From: a virus | Taxonomy: Duplodnaviria > Caudoviricetes | Reading direction: 5' to 3' (one strand) | Virus record (IMG/VR): IMGVR_UViG_3300035208_003131 | Span: 1-64,000 of that record | Length of the DNA stretch: 64,000 bases | In this document: one piece after another, positions 1 through 8,934 of the stretch | Position numbering within the stretch: position 1 is the stretch's first letter | How the letters are laid out: each line of letters opens with the position of its first letter | Program-made: the position numbers and the translations under genes | The notes under the pieces: model-generated | Seen by the model: the letters and a program-made list of their open reading frames with translations, nothing else | What the model was told of the DNA's origin: nothing | Database searches by the model: none

Positions 1-27
1 CGTATTGTCTTTAATTCACTTAAATTA

Positions 28-999
28 TTATTTTCCGAATAATTTGTCAACGATATTAACAATGAATGCAACGAAGTTAAACCTTTTATAAGGATGAACT
101 CCTGGGGTTACTTCGGGTTTCACCGTTGATTTAATTGAAACCGTTTTTACCACTGGATCAATCGAAGTTGAAATAGCTTCTGGTTTAATTTCAACCTCGT
201 CAAATTCGATTTCAGTACTCATCAATCTATCCCAATTAAAATCTGGACCTAAATCCCATTTACCAGACTTACGATAATTTACATGAGTACATATACCCTT
301 ATATGATTTCGCTTCAGATGCGGACGAGAATACATTAAATCGCTCATCTTCATCAATAAATGTTTTTGGTATATCAAATTCTTTACATAAATAATCAAGT
401 AAATCCGACAAAGCAATATACTGTTCATCAGTAAATGAAGCAAAATATTTATATCCACGAAATTCGTCATCAACTATTGTATATTCATCAACGTCACTAG
501 TATTACAGTAAACATCTTTTTTACTTTTTTTCTCAACACCGTTTGAATCCGTATATTTAAGTTGAGAATAAATAGTTTCAAGGTTTTCACCTTTTTTTAT
601 AAGTGGTCCATAGTTAGATAGTTCAATTCCAATACTTCTAGCTGAATTTACTCTATTTCCACCAACCGAACCTTTACCTAAATGATATGACCAATATTTT
701 GGATCAAATAATTCATAGATATCGCCCGAACGTGCAATTACATATGATACACTTACATGATTATCCTGTGCAGTCAACGATGCCATATCAGCACGTAGAG
801 TTCCAGCAGTTGAATGTAATACGATCAAATCTTTTTTATTTTCAGTATTATAATAATATGAATCATATTTTGGACGTATTTGACGAACACTAGAATAACC
901 GATTTCATAGGTTCCAATATCTGTATATTTAACTCGACTTGTGTTAATTAGTTTATCACTAAACTGAACTTCTTGTTCTGTAATTTTACTTACTCTCAT
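28..999 (-). CDS. N-acetylmuramoyl-L-alanine amidase (Amidase_2), probable endolysin
   Basis: IVLHSTAG...SYVIARSG...SYHLG...NARSIGIELSN...CTHVN...KWDLGPDF gives a complete Zn-amidase ligand set. Start moved to the second Met (999): GGAG lies 6 nt upstream of it, while the TATAAACTA motif at 1018-1026 is only about 6 nt from the ORF-track ATG at 1011. Confidence 0.9.
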   Translation of the reverse strand: MRVSKITEQEVQFSDKLINTSRVKYTDIGTYEIGYSSVRQIRPKYDSYYYNTENKKDLIVLHSTAGTLRADMASLTAQDNHVSVSYVIARSGDIYELFDPKYWSYHLGKGSVGGNRVNSARSIGIELSNYGPLIKKGENLETIYSQLKYTDSNGVEKKSKKDVYCNTSDVDEYTIVDDEFRGYKYFASFTDEQYIALSDLLDYLCKEFDIPKTFIDEDERFNVFSSASEAKSYKGICTHVNYRKSGKWDLGPDFNWDRLMSTEIEFDEVEIKPEAISTSIDPVVKTVSIKSTVKPEVTPGVHPYKRFNFVAFIVNIVDKLFGK

Positions 1000-1017
1000 A
1001 GGTTTCTCCATTTTTAA

Positions 1018-1026
1018 TAGTTTATA
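1018..1026 (-). promoter_or_regulatory. Putative late promoter TATAAACTA
   Basis: Exact motif just upstream of the amidase; recurs genome-wide before structural genes. Confidence 0.7.
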
Positions 1027-1037
1027 AACCTTTTTAT

Positions 1038-1046
1038 TATAAACTA
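1038..1046 (+). promoter_or_regulatory. Putative late promoter TATAAACTA
   Basis: Exact motif 17 nt upstream of ATG 1064; divergent partner of the 1018 site. Confidence 0.7.
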
Positions 1047-1063
1047 TTTAGAGAGGTTAATTA

Positions 1064-1411
1064 ATGGCAGATAATGAAAAATACATAGATAACGTAACTG
1101 ACAGCGAAATTAATGCTGATGATAATGCGAAATCTCATACAAATTCTTCTTGTAAACAAGAGAAAAAATCAGATACAGATACAACAGAATCTGAGTTTAA
1201 ACCTGTCGAAAAGGTTAAAACACCCACTAAAACGACTAAAAAAGCATCTAAATCTAAAGTAGTTGCGAGTCCATCCGAAATGTTAGAGAAAATTGAAAGT
1301 CGTCCGCAAATGCAACCACCAATTAGAGTTCCACGTGTAAAAAAAAGTGCTCGTAAAAAAGCGGTTAAAGTTAATACAAAAACTATTAATCGTGTAGTTC
1401 GCTTTTTTTAA
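1064..1411 (+). CDS. Hypothetical protein, acidic N-terminus and Lys-rich C-terminus
   Basis: 115-aa ORF with GAGG SD and an upstream TATAAACTA. Confidence 0.75.
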   Translation: MADNEKYIDNVTDSEINADDNAKSHTNSSCKQEKKSDTDTTESEFKPVEKVKTPTKTTKKASKSKVVASPSEMLEKIESRPQMQPPIRVPRVKKSARKKAVKVNTKTINRVVRFF

Positions 1412-1420
1412 AAATACAGA

Positions 1421-1448
1421 TTGACAAAATACAATAACTTTCTATATT
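1421..1448 (+). promoter_or_regulatory. Sigma70-type (early) promoter
   Basis: TTGACA-16 nt-TATATT upstream of AAGGAG and ATG 1474. Confidence 0.6.
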
Positions 1449-1473
1449 AGTAGAAACAACAAGGAGTTCTACT

Positions 1474-2169
1474 ATGAAAATTATTCTTATTTTAATTAGC
1501 ATATTACTTACATCTGCAACCGCAGGTAATTTTAAAATAACCGTTAGTGACTACGAAGCAGACACAAATACAGTCGAAACAGCAAAAAAAATTGTAAACG
1601 AATTGGCTCCATTACTAGATAAGCCATTAAACTGGTGTACCATAGAACCTACAGGTTCAACCAGAGCGTTACGCAAAGGACCAACATCAACTAAAGTACT
1701 TATGGAATTTACAGTAAAATGTGATTTCAGTGAAACTCGAAAAACATTGAAAAATATATGGAATAAATATGATACATTTCTATATGCACATGGAAATATT
1801 GTAGACGCTGTAATGGAACGTCAGTATCCTGATTATAATTTAGTGTGGGGGCGTTCAATGAGTGATTATTATTTCATTCAAATAAAACTATTGAACCACT
1901 TTGGTGGATCAAATTCATTTAATAATAACTGTTTATTCTTTCGTTTATCAATTAATGATGATTTTGAAACTATTCCAATGCGAGTAGCAATGCCCGGTTC
2001 ACTGGCTAAAATCATTCCAACAAATGGCATCTCAAGTCACCCACCAGCTACGAATTATACATTCTTAATTGATATTCCAAATAAAATATTGGATGAAGGT
2101 GAACTTGATATTAAACTTGACCGTGTATGGCATTTATCTGTTAACGAACAATATAAAACAACTTATTAA
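1474..2169 (+). CDS. Hypothetical exported protein with N-terminal signal peptide
   Basis: MKIILILISILLTSATAG is a basic-hydrophobic-AxA signal peptide; strong SD AAGGAG. Confidence 0.75.
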   Translation: MKIILILISILLTSATAGNFKITVSDYEADTNTVETAKKIVNELAPLLDKPLNWCTIEPTGSTRALRKGPTSTKVLMEFTVKCDFSETRKTLKNIWNKYDTFLYAHGNIVDAVMERQYPDYNLVWGRSMSDYYFIQIKLLNHFGGSNSFNNNCLFFRLSINDDFETIPMRVAMPGSLAKIIPTNGISSHPPATNYTFLIDIPNKILDEGELDIKLDRVWHLSVNEQYKTTY

Positions 2170-2197
2170 AAAAGGGAGTAATTTTACAACCACTCCC
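2168..2197 (-). terminator. Intrinsic terminator between convergent genes
   Basis: GGGAGT/ACTCCC stem preceded by an A-run on the + strand. Confidence 0.5.
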
Positions 2198-2215
2198 CTC
2201 ACCAAGTCCAAAAGA

Positions 2216-2917
2216 CTAATCTTTGACTGGGACATACTCTTTCTTGAGTACTTCTTTATATATTCGAATTCTTGAAGCCCGAATCAAATCCATATCACGT
2301 TTATAATAGGTTGGATAATAAACTTCACTTAAATAACCTTCTTTCTTCACAGTGTAATGATTACCATGTAACTCAATACCCTTATAAAAGAGCTTACGAA
2401 GCGATTGGGCAGTCGATCTTACATCAAGTAGTAGTCTTAGTCGATGCGTATTCAAATAGCGTATAACAACGCCTCTAATAGCTTTATCTGATTTACCTTT
2501 ACTTATAAATTGAATAATCTTAGTAATAGCCTTATCCATTTTAACACGATCACTAGCACAGTTTTTTTCGTCCGATAGACGAAGAAGTGTAATCATTTTA
2601 ACATTTAAATAATTTAAATTAAAATCATCTTTATGTTCATTTATTATATTTAATGCTTCATCATAGAAATTAGCTGTAATACCAGTTTCATCACATCCAA
2701 TCAATGAAATTAAATGGTTAATTGGTTCTATTCCAAGTTTACTTACACGGTTAAGTATAGCTTTATTTGCCGACGCAGGTTTACCATCGATAGACGCTTT
2801 TACATAATACATCGGTGTACTTTTACTTAAATCGTACCCATAAAAAATATGGAACTTGGTGCCCTTTTTATTAGAAACTTTCAGAGAGAACTCTCGTAGC
2901 GTTATTCGTGTGTCCAT
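2216..2917 (-). CDS. Hypothetical protein
   Basis: 233-aa ORF with GGAG SD; no recognisable motif. Confidence 0.7.
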   Translation of the reverse strand: MDTRITLREFSLKVSNKKGTKFHIFYGYDLSKSTPMYYVKASIDGKPASANKAILNRVSKLGIEPINHLISLIGCDETGITANFYDEALNIINEHKDDFNLNYLNVKMITLLRLSDEKNCASDRVKMDKAITKIIQFISKGKSDKAIRGVVIRYLNTHRLRLLLDVRSTAQSLRKLFYKGIELHGNHYTVKKEGYLSEVYYPTYYKRDMDLIRASRIRIYKEVLKKEYVPVKD

Positions 2918-2943
2918 TATAATAAGACTCCTTTATATAATTG

Positions 2944-3444
2944 TTATAATATATCTGCATTTGCACTTGTATCTTGTGGTTCATCCGCAAGATTAATTGT
3001 AGTTGGATATTCAACCAGCACTTTTTTACCATCATCATCCTCTTCTTTATGTTTAAGATAGATGTAAGCGGTTTTACCATCTTCGTCACTAATCTCTTTT
3101 TTGAAATGGAAATTATATTCAAACGAATCAATTCCTTCAACATTTTTTTTAGTAACTTCAATTTTTTGAAGTCGTGCGTGAAATTCCATCTCATCAAATT
3201 CAACTAAATAATAATTGGGGTGGTAGTTAGCTACATCAAATGTCATTTTGCTCCACATTACCGGGTATGCAAATACATTCTGAATGTGTGTAGTGTCTAA
3301 AGCCTTTTCAAAGTGACCCATTAGTCTTTGGATATCACCGTAATTAGTATGCTTAATAACTATTTGTACACATGGTTCATTATCACCACTTGGTGGGATA
3401 TTAGTGTACTTGGTTAAAATTCCACGAAATTCTTTACCGATCAT
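2944..3444 (-). CDS. Hypothetical protein
   Basis: 166-aa ORF with AAGGAG SD; co-oriented with 2216..2917. Confidence 0.7.
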   Translation of the reverse strand: MIGKEFRGILTKYTNIPPSGDNEPCVQIVIKHTNYGDIQRLMGHFEKALDTTHIQNVFAYPVMWSKMTFDVANYHPNYYLVEFDEMEFHARLQKIEVTKKNVEGIDSFEYNFHFKKEISDEDGKTAYIYLKHKEEDDDGKKVLVEYPTTINLADEPQDTSANADIL

Positions 3445-3523
3445 TAGAAAAACTCCTTTATTTTTGGGTTTGGGGATTTATTTTATTAAATATAGCAAAC
3501 CATTCATGAATAACGGAATTTTT

Positions 3524-3532
3524 TATAAACTA
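3524..3532 (+). promoter_or_regulatory. Putative late promoter TATAAACTA
   Basis: Exact motif 24 nt upstream of ATG 3557. Confidence 0.7.
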
Positions 3533-3556
3533 TTACTAGAAACATATTAGGATATT

Positions 3557-4660
3557 ATGAAAGCACGTAAAATTGCAGGAATTCGATTAGTTAATTACAT
3601 ACATGATAGTATTAATTGGAAAGACCATAAAGACATTGTATTAGACTTTTGGATAGCATTCAAATGTCGTGAAGGTGGATACTATCCAAAACAATTTGCC
3701 GATATGTATATTGTTGAAGAATTGCCAATAGAAGCCCAAAAAATATATGAATCATGGTTCAATGAATTTGATTTTCAAAATGAAGATGATAAAGACTGGA
3801 TCAATTTTATTAATGGAACCCTTAATATATTCTACCACACGGAAGATCCACAAGAGATGGATGAAGATATCTGGTATATAGATCTAATGCAATCCGAAGT
3901 AAAAGCTCGTGAAATAGTAGAAGAGCAAACATATCATGGTAATCCTAATATAAATAATTTCTGGCGACTTGATACTAATTCAAAGCCCGAAGAAGTTGGT
4001 GGTAGACGTAATGGATACTTATTTACATCCGAACTTGTCGAAGTTGATCCAAGTGATACTAAAGGTTATTTTTGGGCGGTAGCATTTCAATGTATTGAAA
4101 CTGTTAAACTATACTTCAGAGACGGTGAAGTTAAAAAAAGTAAATGTATCAACTGGGCTGCAAATTGTGACCACATGACGTTATTAAAAATTACAGGTGA
4201 CGGAAGATTTAAAATTGAACCGGTAAATGTTAAAGGTAAAGTATGGCGTAGTGACCGTCAAGTACCACAAACATCAATACCAACAACTCCCTTATCAGGA
4301 CGAACACTCGTTAAACATATTAAAACCAATTTCTATGATATGTACGGGGTATGGGATGAAATTGACGGTGAAATAAAAATGGATAATGAAGCATCAAACC
4401 AACGTAAAAATGCTGTTAACACTATGAGTGATGAAGAAGTTAAAATAAGTAAAGTACTTGATAAAACTGTCGATGAATTTATAATCGATGGTAACGTATC
4501 ACATGAAAAACGTGAACGTAATAAAAAAATTCGTCAAGCTATTCGTGATAAAAATAAACTGCGTGAACGTGAAATAAAGAAAAAGATGCGTGAACTTGAA
4601 AAATCTAAAACCAAGCAAGATGGTAGAGATCACGACAAACTTAATGCGTTAAAAATCTAA
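3557..4660 (+). CDS. Hypothetical protein (probably late-expressed)
   Basis: 367-aa ORF with a charged helical C-terminus; preceded by the motif. Confidence 0.75.
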   Translation: MKARKIAGIRLVNYIHDSINWKDHKDIVLDFWIAFKCREGGYYPKQFADMYIVEELPIEAQKIYESWFNEFDFQNEDDKDWINFINGTLNIFYHTEDPQEMDEDIWYIDLMQSEVKAREIVEEQTYHGNPNINNFWRLDTNSKPEEVGGRRNGYLFTSELVEVDPSDTKGYFWAVAFQCIETVKLYFRDGEVKKSKCINWAANCDHMTLLKITGDGRFKIEPVNVKGKVWRSDRQVPQTSIPTTPLSGRTLVKHIKTNFYDMYGVWDEIDGEIKMDNEASNQRKNAVNTMSDEEVKISKVLDKTVDEFIIDGNVSHEKRERNKKIRQAIRDKNKLREREIKKKMRELEKSKTKQDGRDHDKLNALKI

Positions 4661-4671
4661 TTAAAACATAT

Positions 4672-4680
4672 TATAAACTA
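4672..4680 (+). promoter_or_regulatory. Putative late promoter TATAAACTA
   Basis: Exact motif 28 nt upstream of ATG 4709. Confidence 0.7.
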
Positions 4681-4708
4681 TAACAAAGAGTTACAGGACT
4701 AAATTACA

Positions 4709-5530
4709 ATGAACAAATTTGAACTACCTAAAAATTCAGACTTTGAAAAGATTCTAAAAAAGAATCTTGAGTATACTAACCCACTTGAAATGAAACAAAA
4801 AGAAGTGAGTGGTAAAAAAACAATTTTCCCTTTCTGGAAACCAGTCGATAGTGAAGGTGCCGAAGTATTTTATGATTACGACGCATATTTATCTAAAAAG
4901 GAACAGAAATTACGTTCAGCCCCAAAAGATAATACAGGTGCAGTTAAACCCAAATCTACATTTAAAACTAATGCCAATGGTAGTATTGATGTAAAAGACA
5001 CTTATGAAGACAACAGTATTATAGGTAAAATGAATGGATTAATCACTAAAATGAATAATACTAATCTATCCGATAAAACTGGTGTTGTTAAACCACAAGC
5101 AGAAGATATGTCTAAAGGTACAGTTAAACCGCAGACTACTCAAGATGGAATTGAAACAACTGTTAAAACAGATTCAAATGCAGCTAAACCTAAAGGTGAT
5201 AATGTAGGTGTTGTTAAACCTAAATCTGAAGGGATGCCTAAAAATACAACTAAACCTATAACTACACAAGACGGAATTCCAACAACTGTTAAGGAAGAAT
5301 CCTTTGCAGCTAAACCTAAAGGTGATAATGTAGGTACGGTTAAACCTAAAACTGAAGATAAAAAAGTCAAAAAAGTAAAACCAACTACAACATCAGATAC
5401 AACCGAACCTGTAATTGTTGAAAAATCAAACGCAGCTAAACCTAAAGGTGATAATGTAGGTGTAGTAAAACCTCAAGCATCATTTGACGTGAATGCCAAT
5501 ATGGTTGACTTTACTCGATATATGAAATAA
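4709..5530 (+). CDS. Hypothetical protein with 42-aa internal repeats
   Basis: AAKPKGDNVG(V/T)VKP occurs three times at 42-aa spacing, with degenerate GxVKP units upstream. Confidence 0.8.
   Translation: MNKFELPKNSDFEKILKKNLEYTNPLEMKQKEVSGKKTIFPFWKPVDSEGAEVFYDYDAYLSKKEQKLRSAPKDNTGAVKPKSTFKTNANGSIDVKDTYEDNSIIGKMNGLITKMNNTNLSDKTGVVKPQAEDMSKGTVKPQTTQDGIETTVKTDSNAAKPKGDNVGVVKPKSEGMPKNTTKPITTQDGIPTTVKEESFAAKPKGDNVGTVKPKTEDKKVKKVKPTTTSDTTEPVIVEKSNAAKPKGDNVGVVKPQASFDVNANMVDFTRYMK
5180..5461 (+). repeat. Three coding repeats with a 126-bp period
   Basis: The 30-mer GCAGCTAAACCTAAAGGTGATAATGTAGGT is identical at 5180, 5306 and 5432. Confidence 0.9.
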
Positions 5531-5554
5531 ATTTATATATGTATAATATTTTTT

Positions 5555-5578
5555 AAACCCCGTATTTGGGGTTTTTTT
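5555..5578 (+). terminator. Intrinsic terminator
   Basis: AAACCCC-GTATTT-GGGGTTT followed by a T-run, after the 4709 ORF. Confidence 0.75.
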
Positions 5579-5753
5579 ATTCATCAGATGAACAACAAGG
5601 TTTTAATTCGGTATCACCATGAGTGTCACCTTCACCAGGACCCCAACCACCAATTTTTGATGGGTTGTAGGTTCCCATAGTTATTTCAGATGGACCTTTT
5701 TCAAAAGTTCCACCACATAGGGTTTTATCAATATGTTCGCATTCTTCGCTCAT
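5577..5753 (-). CDS. Small Cys/Gly-rich protein (58 aa), missed by the ORF track
   Basis: Translated by hand: MSEECEHIDKTLCGGTFEKGPSEITMGTYNPSKIGGWGPGEGDTHGDTELKPCCSSDE*. Has a GGAG SD and TATAAACTA at 5776-5784 on the same strand, and fills an otherwise empty gap. Confidence 0.75.
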   Translation of the reverse strand: MSEECEHIDKTLCGGTFEKGPSEITMGTYNPSKIGGWGPGEGDTHGDTELKPCCSSDE

Positions 5754-5775
5754 TATAAGGCTCCTTATTAATAAC

Positions 5776-5789
5776 TAGTTTATAAACTG
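5776..5789. promoter_or_regulatory. Overlapping divergent late-promoter pair (palindrome AGTTTATAAACT)
   Basis: TATAAACTA on - (5776-5784) and TATAAACTG on + (5781-5789), between divergent ORFs. Confidence 0.65.
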
Positions 5790-5803
5790 TAAGTGAGGAA
5801 ATC

Positions 5804-6472
5804 ATGGAACATAATAATTTTACACAAATTGTAACAGATATGCCAAGACGTGCAAAAAAAAGAAATAGAAATAGAAATAGAAATGCTAATAACTTAGCAC
5901 TTAACGTATTCCCACCACATAAGGCTAATCCCGTTATGGCTATGGGTGAAGCTAGTGATAAATTCGTATATGAATATAGTTGTGCTATGTTAAATATTAG
6001 TGATGACATTGCGACTAAAATGTGTGATTGGGCCAAAGAGAATATTCCAGAAGATGCATTATACATAGATGAAGACACAGGAATGGACGGTTATGAAGAC
6101 ACTCCACACGTAACGATTAAATATGGATTACACGACGTTGAACCTACAACTTTACAAAAATTAGTTGACGGATATGGCCCAGTTAAATTTAAACTTGGTT
6201 TAATTGAAAAATTCGATACTAATCCCAAGTTTGATGTATTGAAAATTACAGTTGATAGTAAATCTCTACGAAAACTTAATGAACATATTAGTAATAATAT
6301 GGAATATACAGATACATTTGATGAATATAAACCACATGCAACTCTTGCTTATGTTAAGAAAAACTCATGCGATAATTTAATTTCAAATAGTTTTTTTGAT
6401 AAACTAGAAGATGAAATATATGAAATCTATTTCACCTCCAAAACAGGAGATGAGTATTTTATAGATCTCTAA
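5804..6472 (+). CDS. 2H phosphoesterase, T4 gp57B/Acb1-like
   Basis: Two HxT motifs (PHVTIKY, PHATLAY); TDTFDEYKPHATLAY resembles recalled gp57B THDFDDYTPHITLSY. Confidence 0.8.
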   Translation: MEHNNFTQIVTDMPRRAKKRNRNRNRNANNLALNVFPPHKANPVMAMGEASDKFVYEYSCAMLNISDDIATKMCDWAKENIPEDALYIDEDTGMDGYEDTPHVTIKYGLHDVEPTTLQKLVDGYGPVKFKLGLIEKFDTNPKFDVLKITVDSKSLRKLNEHISNNMEYTDTFDEYKPHATLAYVKKNSCDNLISNSFFDKLEDEIYEIYFTSKTGDEYFIDL

Positions 6473-6481
6473 GGTATTATT

Positions 6482-7102
6482 ATGGACGGACCATTACAAG
6501 ATAGAAATTTAGGCAGAATGCATCAAGGAACCGCTCGGTGTGAGATCGGTCCTATTCCTGTATCATATGATCAGGAAGACGCACCAACATCAGAATCAGT
6601 CAATGGAAGCATCACTGCATTTGTAGCTCCAGGTTTATCTCAGAAATATAAACTCGATGGTAATTACAAAGCAATGGTTCACATTCCTATTACAGAAGAT
6701 AATGAATATTATGATAAATTATTAACAATCAATATGATTGGTGATGATCGAATGGAAAACTATTGGACTCTTTATAGATATATGCAAACCATACAAAGTG
6801 GTCAAACCGACGCATTCCCAGTAACCGATCCTAATCATCGAGTAATTGGTGACGATGGACATTATCGAAACAGAAGAACATGGATACCATATATCAATAT
6901 TCACATGGCCGATGATTCATACCAAAAACACCAAATTGTTAAATTTGCTAGATGTTATCCAGTTGAAATAGAACAATTAAATCTTAATTTTATGGGACCA
7001 GACCCAGTTAAATTTACAGTAAGCTTTGTTTATTCGTTAGTAACAATCGAACGTCAAGATCCACCTAACGAAATAGATCCAGTTAATTGTATTGTGGAGT
7101 AA
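6482..7102 (+). CDS. Tail-tube-fold protein, gp3/gp54-like (tail completion)
   Basis: C-terminal FARCYPVEIEQLNLNF...VKFTVSFVYS pattern is typical of the gp19/gp3/gp54 family. Confidence 0.55.
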   Translation: MDGPLQDRNLGRMHQGTARCEIGPIPVSYDQEDAPTSESVNGSITAFVAPGLSQKYKLDGNYKAMVHIPITEDNEYYDKLLTINMIGDDRMENYWTLYRYMQTIQSGQTDAFPVTDPNHRVIGDDGHYRNRRTWIPYINIHMADDSYQKHQIVKFARCYPVEIEQLNLNFMGPDPVKFTVSFVYSLVTIERQDPPNEIDPVNCIVE

Positions 7103-7108
7103 CAATTT

Positions 7109-8035
7109 ATGCCAGTAGTACATTCATTAGAAAAAACAATGGAAAATCGTGTAACCGAATTCTATGGAAAATCTAGTATATATAGACCAAATAAATTCCT
7201 TGTTGGATTTTATGGTGAATACGTAGACCAAGCAATTAAAAAATTAGAAAGTGATACTAGAACCGAACGTAACCCAAATAATCAATATAATGGAACTAGT
7301 AAACTTCAACTAGGAACCGACATTCATACATCCGCACTGAATCAATGGAAAACTAATCATTATTTTAAAGAAGACTCACAGGTTGAACTTAAATGGGGAT
7401 GTTCAGAAGCAATTATACCATCAATACAACCAACAACTGAAAGTGGATTATGTATTGATTCAATTAAAAATATTAAATATCCTATGATACGTGACGCTGG
7501 TGGATTACAATCAGTTGAAATTGAAATTACAGAAGATAGACATTTAATGTTCTACCAATTTTTCAATGCATTAATAAATCGATTTTTCACACCACAAATA
7601 TTAAAAGCACGTAGTTCAGTTCAAAAATTAGGTATGTATATTGCGGTGTTACAGGAAGATTTTGTTATACCACAAGGTGTACAAGAAAATGGAATCCAAC
7701 GTGATCAAGATTTAGATGCAATTGTAAGTCAAATTTTTGAATTTAACTCAATTGTACCTAAAGGAATTCCAAATCTTACATTTAATAATGATATCAAAAC
7801 TCCTCTTAAATACAGCATTAGATTTGACGCACCAAACGCATTTCAAGGTTCATTTAAAACTAGTTTCAAAGGACTTAGAAATAATACAAGTGATACTCAA
7901 TTCATGACTGGATTTGATTCAAATTCACTGGACGCAACCGGACAGGAGTATATTAAATCTAATTTTGAAGTTAGTACAAACTCTCTAATGACTACACAAA
8001 ATGGTGTGTATGAAAAAACACTTAAAGCTGAGTAA
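7109..8035 (+). CDS. Putative tail-tube-fold/baseplate protein (gp54-like)
   Basis: FEFNSIVPKGIPNLTFNND...KYSIRFD resembles tail-tube family C-termini; follows the gp3-like gene. Confidence 0.4.
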   Translation: MPVVHSLEKTMENRVTEFYGKSSIYRPNKFLVGFYGEYVDQAIKKLESDTRTERNPNNQYNGTSKLQLGTDIHTSALNQWKTNHYFKEDSQVELKWGCSEAIIPSIQPTTESGLCIDSIKNIKYPMIRDAGGLQSVEIEITEDRHLMFYQFFNALINRFFTPQILKARSSVQKLGMYIAVLQEDFVIPQGVQENGIQRDQDLDAIVSQIFEFNSIVPKGIPNLTFNNDIKTPLKYSIRFDAPNAFQGSFKTSFKGLRNNTSDTQFMTGFDSNSLDATGQEYIKSNFEVSTNSLMTTQNGVYEKTLKAE

Positions 8036-8930
8036 AAAAAGCTAAATTAAGTGGTTTAATTTTATGAATCTTACTTAATTTATCACATTGTTTCATAAAA
8101 AAATCTTTATGTGCAATGTTATGAGTTGTTTCAGGTCGTGGATGATTAATATGAAGTACACCTGATTTAATATCACCAACTGTACTTATATAGATTCGAC
8201 AGAACCATGCTTCTATGCCAAGAAAACTATCTTCACCACCCCAAGCACCTAAAAATGCACTATGAAATAATTCTGATCGTTCATAATAACGTCGATTAAA
8301 GTTTTTAATTCTATTAACAGTTTTAATATTCATAGCAATGTTACATGACCATACAATAAGACATTGTTTAATTAACTCATTATTATTAATCACAATACCA
8401 TCAGGGCGAAACATATTTAAATGTGAGATTGATGATATAACTTCACGTTGATCCATCCATCTATATCGTTGTTCTTTACGTCTACCAATAGATAATACAG
8501 GAAGATCAACATTACATTTTTTGATATGAGCTTGGACTAAATCTGGTTCAGGTATACAATCACCATCAATAAATATAAATATATCACAATCATCATGGAT
8601 TGCAGCTTCAACGCCAACATTACGAGCCATACCAGCTAGAAAAATATTTCCCCCTGATTTTCTCGTAATATTATCAGGTACACCCGAAATTATTCTAATT
8701 TGAATGTTTAAATCTGGATATTTATTATTTTCAGTCTTGATAGCTTCTAAACAATCCCAATCTTCATTCTCAGGCTCTCCGGATCCTCTCAGAGGTCCTA
8801 TATCCATTTTAGGGCGATCTACTATGACATAAACCACATCAGGGCGTACAGACTGCTTAGTAAGGCCCATTAGAACCTTAGGCCAATATTTAGATTGATT
8901 ATGTAGAGGAATAATGACTGATGTTTTCAT
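8022..8930 (-). CDS. Glycosyltransferase, GT2/GT7C type
   Basis: SVIIPLHN, ARNVG, FIDGD (DxD), WGGED, HINH. Confidence 0.9.
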   Translation of the reverse strand: MKTSVIIPLHNQSKYWPKVLMGLTKQSVRPDVVYVIVDRPKMDIGPLRGSGEPENEDWDCLEAIKTENNKYPDLNIQIRIISGVPDNITRKSGGNIFLAGMARNVGVEAAIHDDCDIFIFIDGDCIPEPDLVQAHIKKCNVDLPVLSIGRRKEQRYRWMDQREVISSISHLNMFRPDGIVINNNELIKQCLIVWSCNIAMNIKTVNRIKNFNRRYYERSELFHSAFLGAWGGEDSFLGIEAWFCRIYISTVGDIKSGVLHINHPRPETTHNIAHKDFFMKQCDKLSKIHKIKPLNLAFFTQL

Positions 8931-8934
8931 ATAT

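Noticed and set aside
5180-5461. Identical 30-bp repeats at regular spacing, superficially a mini CRISPR array
   Set aside because: The period is 126 bp (in frame, 42 codons), the 96-bp intervals are similar to each other and lie inside a coding ORF, and no cas genes are present.
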